Below, piece by piece: positions 11,263 through 24,539 of a stretch of 40,198 nucleotides of DNA (within the stretch, counting starts at the first letter, position 1; each line of letters begins with the position of its first letter). This DNA is from Octopus sinensis (Eukaryota). Below the pieces are notes generated by a model. It searched no databases. It was not told the DNA's origin and was given only the letters and a program-made list of their open reading frames with translations. The translations under genes and the position numbers were made by a program. The stretch lies in assembly GCF_006345805.1 (NCBI RefSeq), contig NW_021835446.1:1-40198 (forward strand), given 5' to 3'.

Positions 11263-11590
11263 CTGGAGAAGGAAAAGGGAGAGGAAAAGGGTAGAAAAAG
11301 TGGATGGAAAGAGGGAAGGAGAGAGAGAGAGAGAGAGGGGGGGAAGGGAGAGAGGAGAGACCCAGACGAAATGATAAAAAAACAACAAAAAGCACTCGCT
11401 ATAATTAAAGACGAAAAGTTGCGGCAATGATATATGTACATACATACATGCATGCATAGATACATATACTTATATACACATATATAGGTCTGTGTGCCTC
11501 TACATATACTTGTAAAAATATATGTAAATATGTATATACATACATACATACATACATACATATAATTATATATATATATGCATGAATGTA

Positions 11591-11654
<64 letters not shown>

Positions 11655-11723
11655 AATGCGATTCCAAATAACAATAAACACATTTCAACTACAAATAATA
11701 ATATGAATAAGGATAATGTTTTC

Positions 11724-11811
<88 letters not shown>

Positions 11812-12002
11812 TTAACGCCATAAAAATATAGAATATTACTGAAGAAAATGAAGTTTAAGAAATTTTTTTAACACTGAAAAGATCAAATAACTGAAACCAA
11901 AAAAGCTAAAAAGAAAAGAATAATGGTAATAAATGTGAAATAAAAACATATACAAGAATTTGAAAAAAAAAAGCACCAAAATAAAATGGTTTGAAGAGAG
12001 GA

Positions 12003-12049
12003 AAATAATAATGATAATAATAATAATGATAATAATAATGATAATAATG

Positions 12050-12089
<40 letters not shown>

Positions 12090-12172
12090 TAATAATAATA
12101 ATATTAATGATAATAATAATAATAATGATAATAATAATAATAATAATAATGATAATAATAATAATAATAATG

Positions 12173-12203
<31 letters not shown>

Positions 12204-12225
12204 TAATAATAATGATAATGATAAA
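12003..12225. repeat. (AAT)n/(GAT) microsatellite
   Basis: Directly visible. Confidence 0.97.
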
Positions 12226-12704
12226 AACATAAAGTATAAAAGAAAGGAAGAGAAAAATCAAAGATAAAGAATTCCATAACGATAATGAAAAGAAAAAAGA
12301 AAAACAGTGCAGGAAGTTAAACAAGGAGCGAATAAAAGCAAGAAAAAAATACATTTTATGGAAGGAAGAAATACTCAAAGAACTTTTCAGCATATTTTGA
12401 GAAAAAAATTTAGTTCTGTCTATAAAATGCGAAAAATAAAAAGGAGAAAAAAATCACCTAAATCCAGAAGAAAACGAGAGAAAAATATATAAAGAAAAAA
12501 GAAAAAAAATATGTGCGGGTTATTCTACAATAAGAGTATTACTTGAAAAACATTTAAATATTGTGGAAAATATTGTAGAAAATTCGTTAAGGCGGGTAGG
12601 TCATAGTTGGAACGAAGAAACGGTAAAATTTAGCTTGAGTCTATAAGAAATATCCAGAAAAGCAGCACGAGGACTAATATTTCTTGTAACCAAGGAAAAG
12701 AAAT

Positions 12705-12876
12705 TTGACAACCGATGCTGGTGCGTTTACGTCCCCGTAACTTAGCAGTTCGGCAAAAGAGACCGATAAAATAAGTACTAGGGTTACAAAGAATAAGTCC
12801 TGGGGTCGATTTGCCCGACTAAAGGCGGTGCCCCAGCATGGCTACAGTCAAATGACTGAAAACAAGTAAAGAGAGT
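12705..12876 (+). mobile_element. SINE A body and tail
   Basis: CAACCGATGCTGGTG...GGCGGTGCCCCAGCATGGCTACAGTCAAATGACTGAAA. Confidence 0.85.
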
Positions 12877-14014
12877 ATATACAGCAACCCCTTTTTTCAG
12901 CTTATCGTACCTCGATACGGGAAAAATTCGCAACCTTCTGCGCCAATAATCCAGTATTGTTCCTGAAAGTTGCCTTTTATATCTTCTACGGATTACTTGA
13001 AGCTTACTACCTTCCTACGCCTTGATCCTAGGATCTTAACTTTTCACCCTCACACACGCGCGCACACATACATATAAACACACATACACGAGAGGACAAG
13101 CAAATGGAAATGTGCTCAACACCTTTAGTAGGAGCTACATAGATTATTATTTTAAACAGTGTGCTTCAGTTCCAAGCGACTTAAAGTTTCGCAGGCTTCT
13201 GACAGAAATCTAACTCGTTCAAGCTCAGAAGTACAGGAAGTTAATAATGGCTGCTGAAAAATGGGGACTGCTATTGATCAAGGTGGATCACATGGTATTT
13301 TTAGTAGGGAGATCGGTATCCAGCGAGAACTGATGCATTATGAATATATATTTTTGAAAAGATTTCTTGATACAGCTACAATATTTGAAGAAATATTCCC
13401 TGAAATTAGAAATTAACTATATAAAAGAGTTTTCAAAAAATCGACGGAGATACGAAATTTTTGGAAGGAAGTTTTCACAGTATATTATGCGCTTTCGCTG
13501 TTTACAACTTTTCAAACATACACACACACACGAATATGTATACCTCTATTTACATAGACATATTAATGTTTATTTCCTGCAAAGTTTTATGTATATGTAA
13601 TTTTACATTCATTTGTAGACTCAGTCTTTGCTTTCTAGGAGAAAAACATATTTAATAATACTTACAATGACAGTAACTCTGAAATTTGGCTTACTAGCAG
13701 TTATCAGACATTTTGAAGATGTCTGGCATGTTGAACACATCGAAAACATATAGTAACTCACACACAAATATATATATGTATGTGTTCCTTGGCAGTGTTG
13801 ATTTCATATTGACATATCTGCTGCTACTGGGAAACTCCGAGTACTAAATGCGAGTGTCTCATGTTGTATCTTATATTAGATATGAATTGCATAAATAAAT
13901 AATACACATACATGTACACAGACACACACATACATACATACATACATACATACATACATACATACATACATACATACATACATACATACATACATACATA
14001 CATGCATACATACA

Positions 14015-14113
14015 TGAGTGGCTGTGTGGTAAGAAGCTGGCTTCCCAAACAGATAGTTCCGGGTTGAGTCTCACTGCGTGGCACCTTGCGCAAGTGTCTT
14101 CTACCATAGCCTC
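14015..14113 (+). mobile_element. SINE A head fragment
   Basis: Matches the family A head. Confidence 0.75.
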
Positions 14114-14149
14114 ATATATATATATGTATATATATATATGAAACTTATT

Positions 14150-14264
14150 CCACATAATTTTCGCCTATCAAATACACGCACAAATTGGTCGGTCAGAGGC
14201 TATAGCGGAAGGTACTCGGTCCAGATGCCGTACTGTGGGGCTGAACCCAAAACTATGTGGTTGT
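14150..14264 (-). mobile_element. SINE A head fragment, diverged and inverted relative to 14015-14113
   Basis: Reverse complement of the family A head/core. Confidence 0.55.
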
Positions 14265-14396
14265 TAATTAATATTTCAAGTTGCCAGTGAGATGACGATC
14301 AGCGTTGCTGGTGGCGGTGGTCGACGCCAAGGAAGTTTGTTTTAAACTGACAAGAGATATCAAATACAGATTGCAATAAACAGTGATATTATACAG

Positions 14397-14822
14397 GGCG
14401 GCGAGCTGGCAGAAACGTTAGCACGCCGGGCGAAATGCTTAGCGGTATTTCGTCTGCCGCTACGTTCTAAGTTCAAATTCCGCCGAGGTCGACTTTGCCT
14501 TTCAACCTTTCGGGGCTGATTAAATAAATACCAGTTACGCACTGAGATTAATATAATCGACTTAATCCGTTTGTCTGTCCTTGTTTGTCCTCTCTATGTT
14601 TAGCCCCTTGTGGGTAGTAAAGAAATAGGTATTTCGTCTACCATTACGTTGTGAGTTCAAATTCCGCCGAGGTCGACTTTACATTTCATCCTTTCGGGGT
14701 CGATTAAATAAGTACCAGTTACGCACTGAGGTTGATGTAATCGACTTAATCCCTTTGTTTATCTTCGTTTTTCCCCTCTATGTTTAGCCCTCTGTGGGCA
14801 ATAAATAAATAAATAAATAAAT
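14397..14822 (+). mobile_element. SINE family B, full unit plus tandem partial unit
   Basis: GGCGGCGAGCTGGCAGAAACGTTAGCACGCCGGGCGAAATG...GAGTTCAAATTCCGCCGAGGTCGAC. Unit 14397-14627; a second unit restarts at GGTATTTCGTCT (14628). Confidence 0.85.
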
Positions 14823-14989
14823 AGTGATGTGATTATAAGCAGTGAGCAAGCTAATGGATTTCAGTCAATCGATAGGACTGTGGGTGGATGTATGGAGTTA
14901 CTATGGTGACAGTTCGTTACTACTCTTTATGTCGTGAGCTGGAATCCCACCGAAGACCGATTTTTTTTCCAGTGCTGATAAAAATAAGA

Positions 14990-15205
14990 TCGTGATTTCG
15001 ATTCCCGGACTTGGTTGTGCTTAAGTTCTTGAGCAAAACACTTTATTTCACGTTGCTCCAGTCCAATCAGCTGACAATGAGTCACCCTGCTACCAGCTGG
15101 TGTCTTGTTCAGGCTGAATGCTATGATCTCGGTCAATTAAACGCCATGAGAATCGGGTGACCAGCCCTAAGAGACCTTGGGTACGAGACAATAATGTCCA
15201 TTGGG
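14990..15205 (+). mobile_element. SINE fragment with the core CTTGAGCAAAACACTTTATTTCACGTTGCTCCAGTCC
   Basis: Core shared with 30680-30730. Confidence 0.55.
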
Positions 15206-15354
15206 TTGATGATGATGATGATGATGATGATGAAGATGATAACGATGATGATGATAATGTTGTTGATGATGATAATGATGATATATTCGACAATATTCTT
15301 TTTTCCCAGTCATTTGTGACGTTGTGTCTAGGTTGGATAGCATTATTTATATGA

Positions 15355-16005
15355 CCGTAAACGTTGAGAGCTGCCACAAGGTCCGGTCCTTGTTGTGGTA
15401 TTTTAGTTTGTGTGCCTCAATGACCCTGAGAGCCGTGCCAACAGAGCGCACTCTTCGCAGGCTCTCTCATGCTAGACAGGTCAAAGGATTGAACCGCCCT
15501 TCTCAGAGGTAAAAATGAGTTTACCTAGAACAAACACTCCATCTTAGAAGATAGGAAGAAGCAATACTCTTTTCTACTCTAGGCACAAGATCCGAAATTT
15601 TGGAGGATTAGATGGACCCAGTACGCAACTGTACTTAATTTATCGACCTCGAAAGGTTGAAAGGCAAAGTCGACCTCGCCGGAATTTGAACTCAGAATGT
15701 AAAGACAGACGAAATATCGCTAAGAATATCGCCCGGCGTGCTAATGTTGCCTTGAGACTAAGAAATATTAAAGAACTACCGATGACAATTCAAAACTAGC
15801 CATGCATGGACGAGTAAAGCCTTTCCTCGGGGAAACATATGAAAAATAGATCCTGAAGCGCAAGGGGGTATGTATTGGTTTCACCCTAAGGAAACTGACA
15901 TTCTGCGTTTGATCCCCAAACACTGACCTGAAACCCTCAAGAGAAGAGTGGAGAAAATAGTCGAAGGCCTACGCTACATCGGAAGCGATGAGGCTAAGTT
16001 AGTAA
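15355..16005 (+). mobile_element. possible internally deleted RTE-type element with a SINE B inserted
   Basis: CTCAATGACCCTGAGAGC...CTCATGCTAGACAGGTCAAAGG resembles RTE 5' UTRs, and GGCCTACGCTACATCGGAAGCGATGAGGCTAAGTTAGTAA resembles RTE 3' ends (by recall). Confidence 0.35.
15565..15750 (-). mobile_element. SINE B (alternative 3' end)
   Basis: Reverse complement of the family B head and core. Confidence 0.8.
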
Positions 16006-16082
16006 ATGTGGAGTGGTCCTCTCGATATATATATATATATATGTGTGTGTGCATATATATAATATATATATATATATATAAT

Positions 16083-16134
<52 letters not shown>

Positions 16135-16509
16135 CATACATACACACACACACACATGCACACACACAGATATATATATATATAAATTAAATTGCTGCAA
16201 TTCTATACAACGTTCACTTCCGTCACTTTCCTTCCCGAGTTCAAATCACACGCAGGTTGACTTTTTGTATTTTCTCTGTTTCTGTCTGTCTGTCTGTCTG
16301 TCTATCTGTCTGTCTGTGTCTATCTCTCTGTTTGACTCTCTCTCTCTCTCTGTATATCTGTCTCTGTCACTTTCTCACTCTGTGTCTCTCTTACTCTTTC
16401 TCTCTCACGTCCTTCTTCCCTCTCCAGAGAAGGGCGTCTCAACTAATTGGAATTTTATCCTTAACAGACACGCTTCAGCTCTAGTCCGCAGGTATCCTGT
16501 ATCTCCCTT

Positions 16510-16560
<51 letters not shown>

Positions 16561-16986
16561 ATTCACCCTTTCTGTTTCCGGGCTAAATAAGATAATTAAC
16601 AGTCCAATAGTGACGCTGATGTAGTCGACAGTGATAATAAATATTTGAGCTTTACATTAGAAATCAATATTTATATCGAAGTGTGTAAACAAAACACCTC
16701 AATGTTTAAATGAAAGTCTAGAGATTTCTATTTCATAGCTCGTATATTTAATATCTATTTCATATGTAATGACCTACAAAACAAAAATCTAAAAATTAAC
16801 TGGCCAGACAGATGACACACAACAAACAATACGATAGACAAGCCCTTGATCGATAGAAAAAGATAAAACATAAAACAACAAGAAAAAGAAAATAAAACAA
16901 AGTATGTGCTAACATCTATGGAAACGAACTGGTTAATATATCTTACATCTAAATGAGACAAGCAATTTAAAAACATTATTATTACT

Positions 16987-17458
16987 ATTGAGTGAGAGAG
17001 CAGTGCATGCCATCAAAGTGAGACTTGGGTGCAAATATACAAAGCTCAATATACCCATCATAATTACCAGTCTGATAAGGGTACACCAGGCACATGCATC
17101 ACAACCATATGTGTGCGACATAGTGATCTTATATCAAGATGAACAGCACATAACTTTGCAGGTAGGGCCCAGTTATAATTTTCTTCGGGTCGAGCAGCCG
17201 ATCCCGTTCAAATGGTCCCTGAATAAGGTTTGTTTAAAGATGTTGAACGAAACACTCATGTTTCGAAAGGTGAATTATTCAAACCCCAAAGAATTCCTCT
17301 CAAAGCAAGGCTATGATGCCCGCCCCCACTACTTCTGTTCGTGATTAGGGATGCACATACCGTCAGCCAAGCTCAACTGGTTAATGTCAAGAAACTGACA
17401 AGCAAATAAATCTGTGGTACTGAGCAGAATATTTGCTGTAACCCATCTTTTACACCAC
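16987..17458 (-). mobile_element. non-coding repeat D, copy 1, ending in AAT repeats
   Basis: Colinear with 20212-20685; the minus-strand 3' end is GCACTGCTCTCTCACTCAAT(AGT)AATAAT. Confidence 0.8.
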
Positions 17459-17481
17459 TGTAGCCCTTTTATTTATTTATC

Positions 17482-17518
<37 letters not shown>

Positions 17519-17522
17519 CATT

Positions 17523-17599
<77 letters not shown>

Positions 17600-17644
17600 C
17601 ATCATCATCATCATGATCATCATCATGATCATCATCATCATCAT

Positions 17645-19470
17645 CTTCTTTCAATTCTGTCTTCATTTCTTGCTGAGTGTCTTCCTGATACCTAGGGCAG
17701 AGAAACGTACTGTATACATTGGTAAGCCTTAAAATAAACACACCGGATTGTTCATTTACAAATTCGTCTGATAGAGAAAAAGGGGGTGAAAGACAGAGAG
17801 AAAAAGGAAAAACTAAAAAGCAAAAGGAAAAACTAAAAAGCAAAAAAGTGAATAAAGAAAATAAAGGGTGAGAAAGAAAAGAAAACTCACCGCGACGATG
17901 CTCTTCTCAGTACATGTGACATACCAGTTAAGACAATCTTTTGCATTTCCTGCATGGATGGTAAACCAGGGATCATTCTTAAATAATTTTCAGTTCTTTT
18001 TTGTTCATTCCAAGTGCAACTACAATCACTGGTATCGTAACCCCCTTGAGATGCCACATCTTTTTGATTAGCAAATCGCTATATCTTCTGAGCTTATCAA
18101 ATTCTTTTTTTCCGAGATATTATGGTCACAAGGTATATTCATGTCAATCAATAAACAGACTGTATTGTTTTGGTCTTTCACACCAATATCTGGTTTATTT
18201 GCTTTGATGGTCCGGCCTGTAAATACTGGGAAGTCTCAAAGAATCGTCACCTTTTCTCCCTCACTTATAGCCTGAGGGTCGTGCTTGTCCCATTTGTCAG
18301 CAGTTTTGATTTTATAATGCCGGCACATTATCCAACATAGATATTGGTCAACCCTGTCATGTCTTGATTTGTACTCTACAGGTGCTAAAACCTTAAACCT
18401 AGAGATTAGGCGATCCACTGTTTCAATCCCATCGTTGCAGTATTGGCACTTTGGGTCTACACCATTTTTTAGCACATGGCTTGATAGTTCCTGATCAATA
18501 TGCTCTGATCTTGGGCAGCCAAGATAAAGCCTTCACTCTCTGCCTTTAGCCCTGAGCGCCGTGGTCACTGAAGGGTTTGCTTCTAGTTTACATTGAGCTT
18601 GTTTGCTACGGGCCACATATTTGCCATGCAGAGATTTTTGTTCCCACGTATCAGCCAATTGTTCAAATTGTTCAAACGCAGTTTGCTTTGATATTGATTT
18701 CACCTTCTTTGCAACTGCAGTTGCCGCACTTCCATCATGTTGTTCAACCTGGATATTGTGCATAAACTCACCTGAAAATTTTTTGCTCTCCTTCATAACA
18801 GAATGAAGCTTTTTTTACTTTTACGTGGTTTTCAACGGGTTTTAGGATCCAGTCGTTAGATGTTTCAAGATATTTTGCCAGTCCGATTGTGGTGGTTTTG
18901 TAAGAAATTTCAAACTGCATCAAGCCACGATCTCCTTGAGCTCTGAGTAGGTAAAGACGATCTGCGTCTGCCTTTGGATGGTGCATCTCATTGCAAGCCA
19001 GCAGCTTACGGATTTTCCTGTCAATCTTATTTATTTATTGCTCATATTCCAGTTCAACGCATTGAAACTATAAATAACAACCGGAACTGCTAAGGGATTT
19101 ATAGCGAACACCTTGTTACGTACATTTAACTCGGATTTTCGGACTGCTCAAACTCTTCTGTAACATTGTCTCCTGATCTCTTTCATACTTGCATGTTACA
19201 TGCCAGAGCCGTCATTTATTCCGAGGTATTTGTAAGTTTGTTCCTGCTCTATTTCTTTTATAACTGTGGTTAACATCCAGCGCCATTGAAAGTGAAGTCC
19301 TCAATTTTCCTTTCTGGAAAGTGACCCTGGTACATTTATCAAGACCAAATTCCATCCCGATGATACCACTGAATGCTTTCACAGTATGTAGTAGTTTTCC
19401 AATCTCATCGTCTTTGCCATAGTTTTAAGTCATCCATATAAAATAAATGACTTATTTTTTGTTGCCAATT
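17645..19470 (-). mobile_element. R4/Dong-like non-LTR retrotransposon, 5'-truncated and decayed (RT, zinc-knuckle region, RLE endonuclease, 3' UTR)
   Basis: YMDD at 19429-19440; FGLDKC, TYKYLG and MHHPKADADRLYL motifs; C..C..ETVD..RHD; KVTIL*DFP..IKANKPDIGVKD..LIDMNIP. Several stops and frameshifts; microsatellite tail at 17485-17645. Confidence 0.92.
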
Positions 19471-19520
19471 TATTATTATTATTGTTATCATTATTTTTTA
19501 AATATTATTATTATTATTAA

Positions 19521-19598
<78 letters not shown>

Positions 19599-19599
<1 letters not shown>

Positions 19600-20130
19600 C
19601 GTAGTTTTATTTTTATAGCGTGCTTTCACTTCACTACCGAGCGCAGCTCTGTGTGCCTTGGGTATGTGCTGTGATTTGTTGTGATGCTCTGATGGTTATT
19701 GTATGGAAAGTGTTCTGCGTAGGATGTGTACAGTGCATAGTAGTGCAATTTTCTTTATGTTATATGTGTTTGTAAGTCCTGGTGTTTTTGTTATGTATTT
19801 CTCTGAATATTTTTTTATCATGCTTAATGCACCTACTATGATAGGAATTGTTTCTGTTTTTAGATTCCACATTCTGGTTACCTCTATTTCCAGGTCTTTG
19901 TATTTTGAAAGTTTCTCCATTTCTTTTAGGGACACGTTGTCATCTGCTGGTATTGATACATCAATTAAAAAGCATTTTTTTCATCATGATCTCTGACAAC
20001 TATATCTGGTCTGTTGGCCTTAATTTCTCTATCTGTGTGTATTGGCATATCCCAGAGTATGGTTGCTTTCTTTTTTCTGTGACCTTTTTCTGGTGTGTGC
20101 CTATACCATCTTTTTTCTGTTGTTATTCCT
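19599..20130 (-). mobile_element. second R4/Dong-like subfamily, RLE C-terminus plus 3' UTR
   Basis: KATILWDMPIHTDREIKANRPDIVVRD..CFLIDVSIPADDNVSLKEMEKLSKYKDLEIEVTRMWNLKT..ILRRTLSIQ*, followed by an (AAT)n tail. Confidence 0.92.
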
Positions 20131-20147
20131 TATTATTATTATTATTA

Positions 20148-20211
<64 letters not shown>

Positions 20212-20214
<3 letters not shown>

Positions 20215-20730
20215 GAGTGAGAGGGCAGTGCATGCCATGAAAGTGACACTGGGTTAAGATATACGAAGCCCAGTATACCCATCATAACTACCCGTCTGAT
20301 AAGGGTACACTAGCCGTTTGCATCACAACCATATGTGCGCGACATGGTTATCTCATATCAAGATAACCAGTGCATGACCTTGCAGGTGGGACCCAGTTAG
20401 AATTTTCTTCAGGTGGAGTAACCCACCCCGTTCAAAAGGTCCCTGAATAAGGTTTGTTTAAGGATGTTGAACGAAACACTCATGTTTCCGAAGGTGAATT
20501 ATCCAAATCCCAAAGAATTCCTCTCAACACATGGCTATGATGCTCCCCCGCTAATTCTGCTCATGATCAGAGATGGACATATCGTCAGGCACTAAGGGAC
20601 ATGCTCAACTGGTTAAGGTCAAACAACTGACAAGCAAATATGTGGTACTTAGTAGAATATTTGCTGTAACCCATCTTTTATACCAAGACAAAACAATGTA
20701 CATGATAACACTTCAAATCAGTTAAGAACA
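20212..20730 (-). mobile_element. non-coding repeat D, copy 2, between (AAT)n tracts
   Basis: Colinear with 16987-17458. Confidence 0.8.
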
Positions 20731-20751
20731 GTATTATCATCATCATCATTA

Positions 20752-20802
<51 letters not shown>

Positions 20803-20827
20803 CATATTTTTTTATTTTTAATATTTG

Positions 20828-20877
<50 letters not shown>

Positions 20878-20907
20878 TTTATTATTATTATTATTATCAT
20901 TATTATA

Positions 20908-21050
20908 TGTTTTGGCTTTTGCTTTGTATTTGTACAAGTTGACTCCAGTCTCCACCCAGAGACCTCAGGTGACAACAAGTTAGAAGTTCAAATTGGTATT
21001 GTGCCTAGGGTGCCATATTTTGATTTTCGCACAGTGTTGTTCTAGAGAAT
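20908..21050 (-). mobile_element. short 3' end of a possible third R4/Dong-like element
   Basis: Minus strand CCCTAGGCAC...GAGGTCTCTGGGTGGAGACTGGAGTC...AATAAT between (AAT)n tracts. The family assignment is by resemblance. Confidence 0.4.
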
Positions 21051-21098
<48 letters not shown>

Positions 21099-21139
21099 TA
21101 TATTATTATTATTATTGTTATTATTATTATTTTTATTAC

Positions 21140-21185
<46 letters not shown>

Positions 21186-21713
21186 ATTATTATTATTAAC
21201 TTATTTTGCAAACAAGCTAACTTGGCCGACAAACGACATATTTAACAAGTGATCACGCAAATGTTTTATTAAGCTGATCAAGTCAATAAAGCGAATATTC
21301 ATGAGACCATCCTAATAAAATTTATATTCAAATAAACGCTACAGTTTAAAGTGACTGTGCAATCAAAAGTTATTATATATTAACTGAACTGACCTAAAAT
21401 TTATATTTAAACTCTCCTACAAGCAAAAGATATATAATTATCAGAGCTGACAAACGAAATTTGTATTCTGATGATCATATACATTAAGTGCTAGCCTGAC
21501 ATGAGAATGCTAGGAAGAACATTTTGTCGTTTCACTGATTACTGACCAACGAACCTTGACCACTAATAATAGGTTACTCTTTGAAGAAACCTATAACAAC
21601 ACTGACCACCTCCGCCCGCCTTTCCATCCGCTCGTCCGCTCGTCCGACCATCCACCCACCTACCCACACGATGGTCTGAGTTTGCCTTAAATAATCGAAA
21701 ATAGCAAGCTTTA

Positions 21714-21787
<74 letters not shown>

Positions 21788-21806
21788 ATTATTATCATTA
21801 TTATTA

Positions 21807-21921
<115 letters not shown>

Positions 21922-22182
21922 CATCATCATCATCATTATTATTAGTAGTAGTATTGTATTCATTAGAAGCCACTTGTCATTTCAGGCTGGTTTTAAGATA
22001 TTTTTGTATAATCAATAGTTTTGTCTAATTGTTAGTTGTTATTGTGATAGGCAGCGATGGCGATGCGAATATTTCGACCACTACACTTGCTTGGTTTCAT
22101 TTGGTAATTCTGTCTGTTTTAGTTATCAAAATAGAATAGCGAGTCATCGAGGCAAACCTCGATTGCTGCCATTTCCAACTGA

Positions 22183-22208
22183 TAGGGATAGGGTTAGGGT
22201 TAGGGTTA
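22183..22208 (+). repeat. short interstitial TTAGGG-type tract
   Basis: TAGGGATAGGGTTAGGGTTAGGGTTA. Confidence 0.85.
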
Positions 22209-22377
22209 CGATTTTGCCTTGGTGATTTTCATAGAATTGTACATGAATTAAACTGGAGTTTGATACAAAGCCTCCAAGACAAAAATTGGTGTGTGTGTGT
22301 GTGTGTGTGTGGTGTGTGTGTGTGGTGTGTGTTGTGTGTGTGTGTCTGTGTGTGTGTATATGTGAGTGTCATTGAGT

Positions 22378-22875
22378 TAGTGTTTGTGTTTGTCCGCCCA
22401 CCCGTTCGACAGCCGGAACTGGTTTATTTACGTCCTTGTAAATTAGCGATTCTGCAAAAGAGACCGACAAAATATGAATCAGCCCCGGGTTCGTTTTCCG
22501 GCCGATGCAAATATCTTTTGAAGGCGGCAAGCTGGCAGAAACATTAGCACGCCGGGCGAAATGCGTGGCCGTATTTCGTCTGCCGTTACGTTCTGAGTTC
22601 AAATTCTACCGAGGTCGACTTTGCCTTTCATCCTTTCGGGGTCGATAAATTAAGTACCAGTTACACACCGGGGTCGATGTTATCAACTTAATCCGTTTGT
22701 CTGTCCTTGTTTGTCCCCTCTATGTTTAGCCCCTTGTGGGCAATAGAGAGACAAGAATATAAATCAGGCTTTATAAAAGAGAAAAGTAAAGAGGGTATTG
22801 ATTTGTTCGTTTAAGTACATGCCCCAGCATGGCCACAGTTCAACAATGACTGAAACAAGTACGAGATAATAAATA
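22378..22875 (+). mobile_element. diverged SINE A-like body interrupted by SINE B
   Basis: Body-like sequence at 22378-22470 and tail TGCCCCAGCATGGCCACAGTTC..GACTGAAACAAGTA at 22819-22861. Confidence 0.6.
22523..22748 (+). mobile_element. SINE B
   Basis: Near-identical to 14397-14627. Confidence 0.85.
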
Positions 22876-23533
22876 AAAGACAAAAGGTTAAAGATATATC
22901 GGCTGTTAAAGATATATCTGATCATGTGATCGGCCAAACTAAAAAAAAAAAAAAGAAAAAAGAAATATTTTTCTCTTCACCTGGTCAATTCAGTTAAGTA
23001 GACATCTTGTTCGGTCACTCACCAAATGACATTTGTCTTAAAAACTTATACAAACGTGTCTGCTTGGCGAGTTAAATATAAAATTTAGCCGTCTGTAGAC
23101 AGTTAAATATGAGTTTTACACACTGTAACGAATTAAGTGTTGTAATGTTTGACTAACGGTATGGTTAAATGGAATGTGTGTCTGGTTTAAAAATAATCTT
23201 TGCTTATTTGAACCATTGTAAACTTTGGCACTCACCAACCAGTGAAGAAAAACAACGAAGAAAGCACGTGAGAGATTCCAAGATACGCTTAAAGCATATT
23301 TTGAATATATATATATATATACATACATACACATACACACACGCATATATATACATATACGTACATACACACACACACATATATACTTACATGCATACAC
23401 ACACACACACACACTCACACACACACACACACACTATATATATATATATATATACGCACACACACATACATATTCGTATATATACAGTGCATGCATATAT
23501 GTCAGATCTGCATGCATTTAAGCATGTGTATAT

Positions 23534-23755
23534 AGCTGGCAGAAATGTTAGCACGCCGGGCGAAATGCGTAGCCGTATTTCGTCTGTCGTTGCGTTCTGA
23601 GTTCAAATTCCGCTGAGATCGACTTTGCCTTTCATCCTTTCGGGGTCGATTAAATAAGTACCAGTTACGTACTGGGGTCGATATAATCGACTTAATCCGT
23701 GTGTCTGTCCTTGTTTGTCCCTTCTGTGTTTAGCCCCTTGTGGGTAATAAAGAAA
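23534..23755 (+). mobile_element. SINE B
   Basis: Near-identical to 14397-14627. Confidence 0.85.
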
Positions 23756-23877
23756 TTATATATTGTAGATATATATGCATACAAATGCACACACACACAC
23801 ACACACATATATACGTACATATATGCATACATATATACAAATATATATACACACACATACATACACACATATGTATG

Positions 23878-23951
<74 letters not shown>

Positions 23952-24220
23952 TGCATACATATGTGCACAAAAAAACACACACACGTTCACTCACAAACAC
24001 TACACACACACACACACATACAAACACTTACACATACACACACTCACGTACACTTACACACATATATATACGTACATCCATGCACGTGTACATACCTAGA
24101 CACATGACACGTTGATTAATCAGACCTGAAATGCGGTTAATAAGGAATAGAGTGTTTAATTATATGATTTCTATTTCAGACTGTCCAATAATCACTGTTG
24201 TTTGTGTGTACGTGTATGTG

Positions 24221-24259
<39 letters not shown>

Positions 24260-24539
24260 ATTTTTCTTCGTATATGTGTGTGTCTTTGCGCGCGCGTGTC
24301 TGTGTGTGGCTTTATATCTGCGATGTCTGAATAGTTAAAGAGGTTCGCAGCAGTCATAAAATCTGTTTCGATCTCACTTCACACAAAGTAATTGGAGCAA
24401 GAATCTCTTTACGTGTTTTCTGCTGAGTTGAGGTTTTGTGAGTAAAATTGAGCCAGCGGAAACTGTATGGAAGCTCGTCAGATGGACTATAGCCACGCTT
24501 CAAAAGACCTAACCTTGTCTCAAATAATATTACGCTGAT

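Noticed and set aside
13160-13257. Possible terminal exon (CFSSKRLKVSQASDRNLTRSSSEVQEVNNGC*)
   Set aside because: Weak acceptor, short, no recognisable homology and no partner exons.
16988-17344. 118 aa ORF in repeat D
   Set aside because: The equivalent frame in copy 2 appears to stop early (ORF ends at 20257) and no motif is recognisable.
22183-22208. True telomere or chromosome fusion site
   Set aside because: Only about four units, in one orientation.
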